64,000 nt of DNA, taken from contig AP039692.1 in the NCBI GenBank assembly GCA_051599415.1, forward strand, positions 558,001 through 622,000, read 5' to 3'. Origin of the DNA: Savitreella phatthalungensis. Its lineage: Eukaryota. Shown here one piece after another: positions 21,586-32,625 of this stretch (positions within the stretch are counted from its first letter, which is position 1; each line of letters opens with the position of its first letter). A program made the position numbers and the translations under genes. A model generated the notes under the pieces. That model did no database searches, was not told the origin of the DNA, and saw only the letters and a list, made by a program, of their open reading frames with translations.

Positions 21586-22722
21586 ATGCGTCGTGTCAAT
21601 ATCGACGACGCGCTCTTCCGAGACGATCTTATGCATACCGCAGACACACCACTGGCACAACAACAACACGTCAGGATGAAGTTGGCAAAGCGTGACTGTG
21701 TGTCTGACTGCCCAACACCTTCCTGTGCTACGTTGAGCTGCTCATCCAATCAGATCTGTGTCCTCACCGCCCAGACCTGCGACGCCTGCCCACAGGTCTC
21801 GTGCCAATCGCTCGACTCCGGCACATTCGAAGGTGTCAGATCACCAAACTCTGCTTCATCCTCGACTTCCTCAAACTCCTCAAACGCTGGCGTCAAGAAT
21901 TTCCCCACCGGCGCAGTCGCGTCAACTACTGTCCTCGGTATTCTTCTTCTCGCCGGTCTCATCTCATTCGGCCTCTGGCGGGTCAGGCGGCGTCGCGCAG
22001 CCGCAGAAGAAGCCACGGCTCGGGAAGCGAAGCAAGCTACAGGGGCAGACGATGATGAGGATGACCTGGATGACAGTGACCACAATGTATGTATCAGGTT
22101 GGACGTCGAAAAGCCCGCGGCATCTGTCTCGATCCAGTCGCTGCCTATCCATCTCGAGCAAGACAACGACCTCGTCTTCGGAGCAGACGAAATGATGCGC
22201 ATGTCATACGCCTCTAGAGCATCTTCTCTCCCAGTGCCACGTACCACGTCAGCCTTCATGCGTGGCTCCAGCACGACGCTCGAGTCTGACTCAGAAGCAG
22301 CCATCATCCAGGCCAACAATCGCGTCATGGGAGTCCGTGCAAAAGCAAATGTCGTCCAACTGCGGAAGCCTTCAGCATCGACCACGAGCCTCTCGTCCAC
22401 AGTTCGTCGTCTGCCCACAGCTCACGAAGAACCACGCCAATCTGATGTAGCACTATCGCGTCCAGCGACGAAGTCCAGTGGACTTGCTAACGTCCAGGGG
22501 CCAGAGGACAACTTCTTCGAAATCGACACTGAGAGCATTATCGACTCGCCCATCCAGCGCGACTTTTTCACACCCAGGTCCAGTATCGCCCCATCCATTC
22601 CAGAGTCACAGTCCAACCGACAGCAAGAGCAACGAACCTCAGTCCAGATGCCCTTACCGCCTGTGCCCGTCCTGACGCCGATGTCGGCCTTGCGATTCAC
22701 AGACGAGACGCAGCGCAGGTAG
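21586..22722 (+). CDS. OPY2: Opy2-like membrane anchor (Cys-rich domain, single TM, disordered tail)
   Basis: CVSDCPTPSC...CSSNQICVLTAQTCDACPQVSC, then a TM helix followed by RVRRRR. Confidence 0.78.
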   Translation: MRRVNIDDALFRDDLMHTADTPLAQQQHVRMKLAKRDCVSDCPTPSCATLSCSSNQICVLTAQTCDACPQVSCQSLDSGTFEGVRSPNSASSSTSSNSSNAGVKNFPTGAVASTTVLGILLLAGLISFGLWRVRRRRAAAEEATAREAKQATGADDDEDDLDDSDHNVCIRLDVEKPAASVSIQSLPIHLEQDNDLVFGADEMMRMSYASRASSLPVPRTTSAFMRGSSTTLESDSEAAIIQANNRVMGVRAKANVVQLRKPSASTTSLSSTVRRLPTAHEEPRQSDVALSRPATKSSGLANVQGPEDNFFEIDTESIIDSPIQRDFFTPRSSIAPSIPESQSNRQQEQRTSVQMPLPPVPVLTPMSALRFTDETQRR

Positions 22723-22851
22723 CTCAGCTCGTGATCGCAGATCAGACGATGTCCACCATGACTTTCCCGCTTCACAAAGACTTCCTCGTCCTTACGGTGT
22801 AAATAGTTCACTTTGCAGTGAAGACATTCTGTTTCTCTCTCTTCCCGTCCA

Positions 22852-23418
22852 TCACAGATCGATTCCTCCCAGGTCAGCTGCTGCTCTCCCGATATCACGT
22901 CCGCGTTCCAGCGAAGCCTCTCTCATCCGTCCTCGCTCGTGACCATCTCTCGTGCCATCCCCAAGCGTCATCCACCCTACATCTGCACCATACCAGATAC
23001 ACAGCTCCTCACCTGCATCGATCTCCCTAAGTGTTCGGTAGGTAATCGTTCCTTGACTCTTATCGATCGAGTAGTCTAGATTGTGAGCTCTTGAGTGTGC
23101 ATCGGCGTGGTTGAAGAGACTACCCAGGCCGAGCGCCAGCGCCTGAGCTTTCCTCGTGATGCCTGTAACCCCATCCTGCACCGTCGTCGTGTACGTATAC
23201 TCGCCCAGCGGATTGCCGACAATCTGCGAAGGAGCAAAGTACAGCAACATACAACGCTCTATGACCTCCCCTGCTCCGAGCACGCCACGCGTATACACAC
23301 CCCGGCCGCGCTCCTGGCTCCACCGCACATACAGCAGCGGGCAGCTATACACCTCTACATCACCAACAGGAATCGGATAAGGAGGGCTAGACAATGGTGA
23401 ACCTTGCGACTCGCTCAT
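22852..23418 (-). CDS. Small SET-domain lysine methyltransferase (fission yeast Set7-like)
   Basis: RGRGVY..., LGLGSLFNH, REIDAGEELCIWYG. First ATG at 23418. Confidence 0.85.
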   Translation of the reverse strand: MSESQGSPLSSPPYPIPVGDVEVYSCPLLYVRWSQERGRGVYTRGVLGAGEVIERCMLLYFAPSQIVGNPLGEYTYTTTVQDGVTGITRKAQALALGLGSLFNHADAHSRAHNLDYSIDKSQGTITYRTLREIDAGEELCIWYGADVGWMTLGDGTRDGHERGRMREASLERGRDIGRAAADLGGIDL

Positions 23419-23658
23419 CAACAAGCTGACTGCCTTTCTCAAGTATCCTTCTCCTCGGCCCTTCCTGCACTTGAACCTGAGAGAGCAATCTACGTTTTGT
23501 GCATCCTGTTACAATCGTCAAATTTTCACGTGATCGAATGACATGAAAGTCATCACAGCAGCAACAAACAAACACATTCAATCTCATATACAGCAGATAG
23601 AAGCGCGTCTCTAGGTCTATCGCTCGCGTAAGAGGACCACGTACACCTAAAGCACAGG

Positions 23659-25809
23659 ATGGCTACAGTCACGACGCGTCGGAGAACCAAAGCCGACTTG
23701 CTGAAGGACCTCCGTGCAGGTTTCTCAAACGCGATCGATGAATCCGCGCTCGTCCAGGACGTGCCATACATGCTGCAGGCCATCAGCACGCCTCACGTCA
23801 CCTTTCCTGAAGCTGCGTCTGGTGTGCGTCGGAAGCTGACAGTCTCATTCGGTGCAGGGATGTTGCCGCCTGGTCTAGCACACCTGCTTGCGACCGTCGT
23901 CGAGATGGGACTACTATACAGAAAGCTGAGCGACTACACGTCAGCGATAGACGCTTCCTCCCATGCAGACGGGCTCGTCGTCCAATCCTTCCGGGCATCC
24001 CTAGCAGAAGAGCTGACGGCGTATCTGACGAAAGTGTCCGCGGTCGAGAGTGAGGTTCGGCAAGGACTATCGCAGGACGAGTCCACACCGCGTGTGACGC
24101 TGAAGCGCGTGGCCGTGTGGGTGTCTGAAGATCTGCTGCGACTGCGTCTGATGAACACGCTCGTCGATGCCGTCGTCGGGCCCTCAGGTCACGCACACAA
24201 AGGCGGCGCAGCAATCAACGTCGTCCACGCCATCTCCCGCCACGGAGACCCCTTTGTACAAGACTTCTCCTCCAGAATCCTCCGCCAGATGTCACGGCCG
24301 TTCTACGCGATGCTCGCCAAGTGGGTCTTCGAAGGCGAGCTCGTCGACCCACACCAAGAATTCCTCGTCCGTGCAGCATCGCCAACCTCAGCTATAAAAA
24401 CGTCCAGGTCGCGTGCCGGTGCCGGAGAGGATGCGTGGCAGGGCAAGTACACGCTGGTGGACGAGCTCGTGCCTGTGTGGCTATCGACGTCGCTCGCTCA
24501 GAAGATCTTCCTGATTGGTAAAAGTTTGAACTTCATTCGTCACGCGTGTCACGACGACGCATATGTTGCCGAGCACGCCCGAACCTCCCCTGCCGAACTC
24601 ACAATCGACACACCGGAAGTCCTAGAGGCGACGGTCGAGCAAGCGTACAAGGAGACCTCTCACCACCTGAAACACCTGTTGGTTGACAAACTCCACCTGC
24701 TCGATCATCTTCTTGCCCTGAAGAAGTACATCCTTTTGAACGCCGGCGATTTCTCCGCCATCCTTATGGAAGCCCTTGCAGACTCCCTCGCACGACCAGC
24801 TCACACTCTCCACGGCCACAACCTCACCTCCGCCCTCTCAGACGCAATTCAGACCTCGAACGCTCACCACGAGCCAGACCACGTCCTCCGTCGGCTGGAC
24901 GCGCGCATGGTCGAGGGTGCTCGCGGGACGATCGGTTGGGACGTGTTCACGCTAGAGTACCGTCTGGGAAAGCCGCTTGACGCTGTGGTGACTTCGGCGC
25001 ACGCGCGCTCGTACCTGAAGCTGTTCAATTTCCTGTGGCGGTTGAAGCGGGTGGAGCACGATCTCGGCGTGTCCTGGCGTCGAAATACGACGGCAGAACG
25101 CGGGATGATGGCTGCCGTGCCTTCAACCCGATCGCTCTGGAAACAGACGCGTGGACTTGCAGCTGAGATGATCCACTTTGTCACGCAACTGCAGTACTAC
25201 ATCCTGTTCGAGGTCGTCGAGTCCTCATGGTCGATCCTCGCCACCGCACTCGCACACCCAGACGCAGACCTAGACGCCATGGCACAAGCACACGACGCCT
25301 ACATCCGCAACATCCTCCACAAGGCACTCCTCGCAACAGACCACCCTTCACAAAACCAAGATCAAGACAACCTAGCAGCCCTCCACGAAATCCTCAAACT
25401 CATACTCCTATTCGTCGGTCAGCAAGACGCACTCTACAAGCACACGCTAGCCCTATACCATCGTCGACCGACCGCCTTTTCGTCATCGGCCGGTCGTCGT
25501 GGGCAAGGTCGCGATTACGAGTCTACGCGTGATGAGACGACTGATGGTGGTGTCGGGGAGGTCAATGCTGGTGATGGTGGTGGTGGTGGTGGTGCAGTGG
25601 AAGATGAGGGTGGTGTTTTGATTGGGAAGGCTATCGGAAAGACATCGGTGCTGTTTAGGCGTGAGTGTGGGTACCTGCTCGGTAAGCTTTACGCGTCGCC
25701 GTCGCAGGAGATGAAGATGCTTGCCGTCAGACTCAACTTTAACGACTTTTACCCAATCCCAAGGATCAGGCCGACCGCATCCACAACGCAAGATCAACAA
25801 CCATCATAA
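23659..25809 (+). CDS. SPC98: Gamma-tubulin complex protein 3 (Spc98/Alp6)
   Basis: GRIP motifs HGDPFV, WVFEGELVDPHQEF, KIFLIGKSLNFIR, GWDVFTLEY, YLKLFNFLWRLKRVE, QLQYYILFEVVESSW, RLNFNDFY. Confidence 0.93.
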   Translation: MATVTTRRRTKADLLKDLRAGFSNAIDESALVQDVPYMLQAISTPHVTFPEAASGVRRKLTVSFGAGMLPPGLAHLLATVVEMGLLYRKLSDYTSAIDASSHADGLVVQSFRASLAEELTAYLTKVSAVESEVRQGLSQDESTPRVTLKRVAVWVSEDLLRLRLMNTLVDAVVGPSGHAHKGGAAINVVHAISRHGDPFVQDFSSRILRQMSRPFYAMLAKWVFEGELVDPHQEFLVRAASPTSAIKTSRSRAGAGEDAWQGKYTLVDELVPVWLSTSLAQKIFLIGKSLNFIRHACHDDAYVAEHARTSPAELTIDTPEVLEATVEQAYKETSHHLKHLLVDKLHLLDHLLALKKYILLNAGDFSAILMEALADSLARPAHTLHGHNLTSALSDAIQTSNAHHEPDHVLRRLDARMVEGARGTIGWDVFTLEYRLGKPLDAVVTSAHARSYLKLFNFLWRLKRVEHDLGVSWRRNTTAERGMMAAVPSTRSLWKQTRGLAAEMIHFVTQLQYYILFEVVESSWSILATALAHPDADLDAMAQAHDAYIRNILHKALLATDHPSQNQDQDNLAALHEILKLILLFVGQQDALYKHTLALYHRRPTAFSSSAGRRGQGRDYESTRDETTDGGVGEVNAGDGGGGGGAVEDEGGVLIGKAIGKTSVLFRRECGYLLGKLYASPSQEMKMLAVRLNFNDFYPIPRIRPTASTTQDQQPS

Positions 25810-27401
25810 TCACTCATCAGTGACATAATCCGAGCCCGTTCTACAGCCTTCCTGTCAATCATCACCATCCCGCGCTCACCAAGCCGCGCCAAGTGCCGCC
25901 GCTGTACATCACCACCCACCGTGTTCGGAGTAACGGCTTTCAATACGCGGTCTCCCACACGGTCCCACGGCATACATCGGCCACCGCTGACCGCTCCTGG
26001 ATCTCGACGTGCGGCTGCTGCTGCTCTGATGAGGGTGTGAATATCGATTGTTCTCGGAGGTGACTCTGTTGGCGGTGGTGGTCTCTGTGTATGGTATGTG
26101 CGGTGTGTGGCTGCGAAGGATTTTGGTGGTGGGGGAGGACAGTCTCGGACTCTAGGCCACATACCCTCGAGTCTGCCACCCACCCCACAAGCCTTTCGAC
26201 GCCGGCGTTCGAGCTCGATGAAGATCAAGTATCCCGCGTAAGCATCATCAGCAGCATACTGCCGCTGCTCACGCGTCAGCGGGAAGTTCTCCCAATCCGA
26301 AGTCCGCACAGGACCTTTCGACAGCGGTCGACCGAGGTACTTGAGTGTCAGTGCAGCGAGAGAGATTAAGCCACTCCCGCGCACGGGCGCACTACCACCG
26401 CCGTCGACGAGGCGAGAGAAGTACGAGAGCTCGCAAACGCCACGTGGCATACATCCTCGGTAGACGTCTCTGATTCTAGCCATGTCTGCGCTCATGATGG
26501 CGACGCCGACTTTGAGAAGCCCTGGGTCTTCGAGCAGGCGTTTGAGGGCGAGTGGGAGGACAGCCTCTGCAGTGTAAGGTGTGTCCCCGCACACCGCGCC
26601 GGGAAACCGGCACAGGTGGATGAGCAAGATCGTCGATGCGTCACACACCTGTACCACCGACACACTCTTCCGTACACGGCCGCCATCCTCCAGCACACCA
26701 GTCACCCACTCCTGATCGTATCCGAGCACAGGCCCGCGAAGTCGAGCAAGGCAAGCATCCAGCTGGCGCTCATTGCTCACGTAAATCACCGTCGGCGGTC
26801 CGCCAGTAGGCGTTGGGTAATCTGCCGAGGTGAACCATCTGTTGTTTGAATCGCTGACCTGGAGAGCAGGCGGTATAGGGAAGTCTGTATGCGTAGGCTC
26901 GAAATTAGCAAGCTTTCCGTGAATCGTTTTCGTCGTTGTCGGGCAATCGCCTGTCAATGAAGTCTCTCTTGATGCAGGACGTGCAAACCAGCCTGGTCTT
27001 ATCGGGGGCTCATTTTCCTTTCCTACCGGCGACCGACTCTCAGGAACACCGATTGACACAGGGTCGACTTGCATCGGCTCATCAGCGCTGCTGGTGTCAT
27101 TTGCGGATGCCGCTGACGACGTGCTGTGGGTTTCGGTGATGCCTTCCGACAGATCGATGACCTCTGTATCGATCTGTGAGACTGTATGCTCCAGAATGAT
27201 CCCTCTTTTCGAGCCTTCGAGCTCGCGAGGCGGCCATGCATCGCCGAGGACAGAGTCAGACGAGGACGTCTGGGTGGATTTGCAGGCGGTATGTCTTGGA
27301 GGTCCTGCCGCAGCAGCAGCACCAGCAGCAGAGACAACGTAAGCGCCAAGCCGAGGACGACGTCTAGTTACCATGCCGAGCAATTTACTGGCACTATACA
27401 T
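25794..27401 (-). CDS. DEDDy 3'-5' exonuclease, WRN-exo/EXD2-like, with possible mitochondrial presequence
   Basis: LGYDQEW, LLEDPGLLKVGV, SLAALTLKYLGRPLSK, RTSDWE, QYAADDAY; Arg-rich, acid-free N-terminus. Confidence 0.85.
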   Translation of the reverse strand: MYSASKLLGMVTRRRPRLGAYVVSAAGAAAAAGPPRHTACKSTQTSSSDSVLGDAWPPRELEGSKRGIILEHTVSQIDTEVIDLSEGITETHSTSSAASANDTSSADEPMQVDPVSIGVPESRSPVGKENEPPIRPGWFARPASRETSLTGDCPTTTKTIHGKLANFEPTHTDFPIPPALQVSDSNNRWFTSADYPTPTGGPPTVIYVSNERQLDACLARLRGPVLGYDQEWVTGVLEDGGRVRKSVSVVQVCDASTILLIHLCRFPGAVCGDTPYTAEAVLPLALKRLLEDPGLLKVGVAIMSADMARIRDVYRGCMPRGVCELSYFSRLVDGGGSAPVRGSGLISLAALTLKYLGRPLSKGPVRTSDWENFPLTREQRQYAADDAYAGYLIFIELERRRRKACGVGGRLEGMWPRVRDCPPPPPKSFAATHRTYHTQRPPPPTESPPRTIDIHTLIRAAAAARRDPGAVSGGRCMPWDRVGDRVLKAVTPNTVGGDVQRRHLARLGERGMVMIDRKAVERARIMSLMSDYDGC

Positions 27402-27754
27402 CCATGGGCATCAGCTATTGTCGTCACAGACCGCTGTCACTCCGCTCTTGACCTCGATGATATCCTTGTGTAACGCGCGGGCGTGATCCCGGTCATTCTA
27501 TGTTTTTGTTTTTACACTGCGGCTGAATGCAAGTCGACTGAATACTCGCACAGGAATTCGGAGTCTTGGAAAACTTCCTGATAAGGAATTCGAAAGCGAA
27601 TGCACGATCTGACAGCAACACATCTCCCTCTCCCTTCTTCTCGTACTTCCTCTGACTCCCCTGACTGCTACAGCTTCATTATCTTTGGTCATCGTAGAGC
27701 CTTTGGATCATAGTCTTTGTCATTCCGGGAATACATGTGCTTATGTACATCTGT

Positions 27755-29101
27755 TCATCTGGTCATTTCTGGGTTGAGCTCGGAGTCTGCGATCACCTTG
27801 CAGAGACGCCTAACGCCTTGTGAGATCTGGCTTGAAGTCTCCCAAGAGAGCGAGAGCCTGAGTGTGCGCTTGACCCAATCCGGCTCCAGCTCGTTACCCC
27901 CTGAAGGCACTTGAAAGTTCTTGCCTGCGAGCGCGAGAACGTTGTACGGTTCCCCTGCAGCGACCTTTGCAATCTCTTCTGTGTGCTTGTACCGTCCGTC
28001 GCCCGGCAGTGTCACCCAGATGAAGTAACCACCGTGGCCCCCTGCGATAGTCGATCCCCGAGGCAAGTCCTTTTGGAGCGCATCACGAATGACCCTTGAC
28101 CGATCGGCGTACTCTCTACAAAGTCTCGTGATCACATTATCAAGCTCTCCGGAAGCAACGATACGCTCGATGAAATAGCTCGTCATTTGTGCAGTTGCCC
28201 CGCCAGAGTGATTGGCACCGCCTGCAGCCCACTGTGCCGCCATCGCTGCCGAAGAAGCTTGGATAAATCCACACCGGATACCAGGACCAAGGTATTTGGA
28301 GAAGGAGAAGTTGCTCACACAGTTTCCAAAACCGACGCCACCTGCAGCATCTGGGCCATGGTCCAGATCAACCATACGCAGAGGATCTGACTCCGGAGGA
28401 TGGTCATAGGAAAGCAAATCATACACCTCGTCCGTCACAATCAGCATGTCGTACTGCCGAGCCAAGTCTAGCACTCGCTGGCGTGTTGCGGGTGTCCATG
28501 TCGAGCCAGACGGATTGGAGAATGTGGGCACGCCGTACAGCACGTTTCTAAATCGCTTTCCCGGGAGATGCGCAGGTACACCAGAATTTTGGAGATCGTC
28601 GTCTCTAAGTTCCCGCAGTCGGGTTTCTAGGAGATCAAGGTCAAGGTGGCTTGGAGAAGCTTCCTCGACAGCATACATGCGATCGCCATAGCCGGCGTCC
28701 TGGATGATACGCGCGGCAAGAAAGTATGCAGGACTTGTCATGAAGACCGCACGAGTCACAGATGGGTGGGTCAGCTGGGCGAGCGTATTTGCAAGCGCAT
28801 ATGACGCACCGCAGGTGATAGCGATTGTGTCTGGGTCAATCTCTCGGGAGACGTTTCTTTCATACAGAAACCTGCGAGTGAGCCATGATGCAAATGTCTT
28901 TCTGACCCGTAATGGACCGAGATCAGTCCCATATTGGAGTGGGTTTCGATCTAGTAGAGAGTCAGAGGGGCGAGAAGGTGAAGCAAGATCATTGAATACT
29001 TCAGTAGTGGCTCTACTCAGCTCATTGACTGCTAGAAGTGATGTGGATGGATGACCCCGAGCTAGATCAATGACTCCTTCACCTGCTGCCCTAATTGACA
29101 T
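27755..29101 (-). CDS. PLP-dependent class I/II aminotransferase (YER152C/Aro8-related)
   Basis: IDLARGHP, YGVPTFSNPSG, TDEVYD, SFSKYLGPGIRCG (PLP lysine). First ATG at 29101. Confidence 0.88.
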   Translation of the reverse strand: MSIRAAGEGVIDLARGHPSTSLLAVNELSRATTEVFNDLASPSRPSDSLLDRNPLQYGTDLGPLRVRKTFASWLTRRFLYERNVSREIDPDTIAITCGASYALANTLAQLTHPSVTRAVFMTSPAYFLAARIIQDAGYGDRMYAVEEASPSHLDLDLLETRLRELRDDDLQNSGVPAHLPGKRFRNVLYGVPTFSNPSGSTWTPATRQRVLDLARQYDMLIVTDEVYDLLSYDHPPESDPLRMVDLDHGPDAAGGVGFGNCVSNFSFSKYLGPGIRCGFIQASSAAMAAQWAAGGANHSGGATAQMTSYFIERIVASGELDNVITRLCREYADRSRVIRDALQKDLPRGSTIAGGHGGYFIWVTLPGDGRYKHTEEIAKVAAGEPYNVLALAGKNFQVPSGGNELEPDWVKRTLRLSLSWETSSQISQGVRRLCKVIADSELNPEMTR

Positions 29102-29647
29102 TGCCACCTGAGTCGAATCCTTTCAAGCAATATCTTTGAGCATGAGCGTGATCATAAGGCTCAGAGCATTTGATGTACACGACAATGATGATCTCTGGGA
29201 GACCGGGTAAGGAGACTGAGATGATTAAGGGAAGGGGTGTGTGTAGCTGGAGACTTGACTAGAAGAGTGTTGTCATAGATTGTTCAATTGTGTGCATCCA
29301 TTCGTTGTATGAAGATCAGTGTAGAAGATGCACAAATCAGATTGAACAACCCTTGCACATGCACGATCACGTACAAAGACAAAAGAACATCATCTATCCA
29401 TCGTACAAGGACTATCTACAGTATATACCACCTAAACTACACCACAACATCAACCACGTCAACCACCATCCTTCCCTTCCTTCAAGTGGATTTGTACTTA
29501 CCTACTTATCATTCCTGTCAAAGAACCCTACACCAAAGAACCCTACACCATAGTCTACTACTGCAATAATCTCGCTTCACACTCACTACACTACACTTCA
29601 CTGCACTACATCACTCCCCACTCCACAGTACAATACAGCAAGGTAAT

Positions 29648-32578
29648 ATGGCCGAAGAACCAAAGAGAGTTGTCGGCGTCTGTGCCATGGACGCAAAAGC
29701 CAGATCAAGACCTTGCCGTAACATTCTCAAGCGCCTGATTGAGAAAGGCAATGTCGACACAATCATCTTCGGTGACAAGGTCATCCTCGATGAAGATGTC
29801 GAAAACTGGCCACACTGTGACTACTTGATCTCCTTCTTCTCCACAGGCTTCCCACTCGACAAGGCGCTCCGGTACGTCAGTCTCAGGAAACCCTTCTGTG
29901 TCAACAATCTTCTCTACCAGAAGATCCTTTTCGACCGCAGGCTGGTTCTTCAATTGCTCGAGGCAATTGGCGTCCCCACACCCTATCGGATAGAGTGCTC
30001 TAGGGACGGTGGGCCGAGGGTGTCTTCGGAGCTTGCAAAGAGCATCCAGCGCAGGCTCGGTGTCGAGATGAACCGTGACGTGCCTGAACCGAAGCTCGAG
30101 ATGATTGACGACGACACACTCTCGATCGACGGCAAGATCATCCGCAAGCCGTACGTGGAAAAACCCGTGAGCGGTGAGGACCACAACATTCACGTGTATT
30201 ATCCCCGCAGCAAAGGTGGCGGCGGACGAAGGCTTTTCCGCAAGGTCGGCAACAAGGCTTCTGAGTACGACCCGGAACTCATCGGCCCACGCACCGATGG
30301 CTCGTACCTGTACGAAGAATTCATGGATGTCGATAATGCCGAAGACGTCAAGGTCTACACCGTCGGTCCAGGCTACTACCATGCAGAAACTCGCAAGTCG
30401 CCTGTTGTCGATGGGCTCGTTCGGCGCAACACCCACGGCAAGGAGATCCGTTACGTCACTGAGCTCACGAAGCTGGAGGCCGATATGGCAGCCAAAATCT
30501 GTATGTACTTTGAGCAGGCTGTCTGCGGCTTTGACCTCCTGCGGGCAGGAGGCAAGTCGTATGTGATTGATGTCAACGGCTGGTCCTTCGTCAAGGACAA
30601 CGACGACTACTACAATCGTGCGGCAAGTGTGCTCTGCCGCATGTTCAGCGCAGCTCAGCGTGAGCGACAGCCATTCGGGCAGCAGCAACTTTCGCGTAAT
30701 TTGACACCTGAACGCAACGCACACCAGGATGCCCAGCTTGCCACACCTTCCAGCGCTTCTTCCGGCAGCAGCACCTGGCAGCTCAAGGCTTATGTGGCTG
30801 TGGTCCGGCATGCCGACAGGACGCCAAAGAACAAGTTCAAGTACTCGTTCAAGAGCGAGCCATTTGTGTCGCTTCTCCAAGGTCACACAGAAGAGGTCAT
30901 CCTGCGAAACGAACAGCTCCAGCTTGTCCTCGCCGCTACACAGAAGGCTCTCAGCATCGGCTGCGAGGACCGCGACAAACTACTACAGCTTCGCACAGCG
31001 CTAACAAAGAAGATGGATCTGCCTGGCACCAAAGTTCAGCTGAAGCCGAGCTATAACGATCAGGAAGAATTGACAAAGCTCCAGCTCATCATCAAGTGGG
31101 GCGGCGAATTCACTCACAGCGCTCGCTACCAGTCTCGTGACCTTGGCGAAAATGTCCGAGCTGATCTGCGGATCATGAATGGCGAGTGCGTCGACAACGT
31201 CAAGGTGTACACATCTTCTGAACGCCGTGTCGTCGCTAGCGCTGAGATCTTTGTGCGCGCTCTGCTCGATGTCGACACCCTGCCGGAAGATTTCATGGAG
31301 GTCAGGAAGGATCTGCTGGACGATAGCAACGCCGCCAAGGACATGATGGACAAGGTCAAGAAGAAGCTCAAGACGCTCCTCCGGACTGGCGAGCGAGCAC
31401 CGCCGCAGTTCACCTGGCCGAAAGATATGCCTGAGCCACACAGCGTCATGTGTTCTGTCATCGCACTGATGAAGCATCATCGAGAGGTGATGCACCGCAA
31501 CTGGGACAACTACAATGCTCAAGGTGGCATCGACAAGATTCAATTGCGATGGTGCTGTAACGAGGACCCAGAGCTCTTCCGCGAGCGCTGGGAGAAGCTG
31601 TTTGCGGAGTTCTGTGACACGGACAAGGTCGATCCTTCCAAGGTTTCCGAGCTCTACGACACGATGAAGTATGACGCTCTCCACAACAGGGTCTTCCTCG
31701 ATGCGATTTTCTCTGACGGAGATGCGACTGACGGCCCACCCTCAACGAGCAAGCGATCGTCCGTCTCGAGTGACACCGCTCCTCGTCCTGACACCGCATC
31801 CATCACATCCACAGCCTCCAGCGTCCTCCACGCAGCTACTCACCCGCGTGGCAGATCACACCACGCCTCAGGCGACCGCACTGACCGATCGATGTCGCGG
31901 CCAGGAGAAGTACTCTCGACTGCAGTCAATGCAGCCTCCCTCTCCAAGTTGCGAGAGCTATACAAATACGCGAAAGTGCTTTTCGACTTTGTGTCTCCTC
32001 AGGAGTATGGAATCGAAGATGACGAGAAGCTGGACATCGGCCTGCTGACGTCGATGCCGCTATTGAAGCAGGTGATTGCTGACATGAAGAAGAGTGCGGA
32101 GGGTGACAAAGGTCGGTCGTTCATCTACTTCACAAAGGAGTCGCACATCTACACGCTGCTGAACGTGGTGTTTGGCAGCGGTGTGCCTACGAAGATGGCG
32201 AGGAACGAGATTCCCGAACTCGACTACCTGACGCAGATCAACTTTGAGCTTTTCGAGCGAACGTGCATCCCGACAGAGCTCTCACCCAACGGCAAGGAGT
32301 ACTCAATCAAGATCACCCTGTCGCCTGGATGCTACGCGCCAGACCCGCTCGACATCTCCCTAGATGCAAAGCACTGCATCTCAGTCCAGCCAAGGAGAGC
32401 ACTCACGAGGCACCTCAACCCAGCAGACGTCGTCGACAAATTCGAAGCCAGATTCGACCGCGTCAAGCTTCCTAAGCGATTCACGCCCAGAACCATCGAC
32501 GGAAAGCTCACTGCCAGCCATGCCGGCTCAACGCCATCAGCATCAGCGACAGCACCGCCTACCACAATCACGCCGTAA
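29648..32578 (+). CDS. VIP1: Inositol hexakisphosphate/diphosphoinositol pentakisphosphate kinase Vip1/Asp1
   Basis: [50 protein letters not shown]; histidine phosphatase RHADRTPK and [10 protein letters not shown]. Confidence 0.97.
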   Translation: MAEEPKRVVGVCAMDAKARSRPCRNILKRLIEKGNVDTIIFGDKVILDEDVENWPHCDYLISFFSTGFPLDKALRYVSLRKPFCVNNLLYQKILFDRRLVLQLLEAIGVPTPYRIECSRDGGPRVSSELAKSIQRRLGVEMNRDVPEPKLEMIDDDTLSIDGKIIRKPYVEKPVSGEDHNIHVYYPRSKGGGGRRLFRKVGNKASEYDPELIGPRTDGSYLYEEFMDVDNAEDVKVYTVGPGYYHAETRKSPVVDGLVRRNTHGKEIRYVTELTKLEADMAAKICMYFEQAVCGFDLLRAGGKSYVIDVNGWSFVKDNDDYYNRAASVLCRMFSAAQRERQPFGQQQLSRNLTPERNAHQDAQLATPSSASSGSSTWQLKAYVAVVRHADRTPKNKFKYSFKSEPFVSLLQGHTEEVILRNEQLQLVLAATQKALSIGCEDRDKLLQLRTALTKKMDLPGTKVQLKPSYNDQEELTKLQLIIKWGGEFTHSARYQSRDLGENVRADLRIMNGECVDNVKVYTSSERRVVASAEIFVRALLDVDTLPEDFMEVRKDLLDDSNAAKDMMDKVKKKLKTLLRTGERAPPQFTWPKDMPEPHSVMCSVIALMKHHREVMHRNWDNYNAQGGIDKIQLRWCCNEDPELFRERWEKLFAEFCDTDKVDPSKVSELYDTMKYDALHNRVFLDAIFSDGDATDGPPSTSKRSSVSSDTAPRPDTASITSTASSVLHAATHPRGRSHHASGDRTDRSMSRPGEVLSTAVNAASLSKLRELYKYAKVLFDFVSPQEYGIEDDEKLDIGLLTSMPLLKQVIADMKKSAEGDKGRSFIYFTKESHIYTLLNVVFGSGVPTKMARNEIPELDYLTQINFELFERTCIPTELSPNGKEYSIKITLSPGCYAPDPLDISLDAKHCISVQPRRALTRHLNPADVVDKFEARFDRVKLPKRFTPRTIDGKLTASHAGSTPSASATAPPTTITP

Positions 32579-32625
32579 TCGAAAACACAGTGTGAATTGA
32601 TTCTTTTTCTTCTTTTTGGTGCGTC

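Noticed and set aside
29521..29550. 15-bp tandem duplication (aagaaccctacacca x2); similar 11-bp duplication near 47721
   Set aside because: Only two copies with no spacers; simple slippage, not an array or TSD-flanked element.
29705..31684. Long antisense ORFs (393 aa and 227 aa) opposite VIP1
   Set aside because: Expected from the codon bias of a GC3-rich sense gene; no recognisable motifs.
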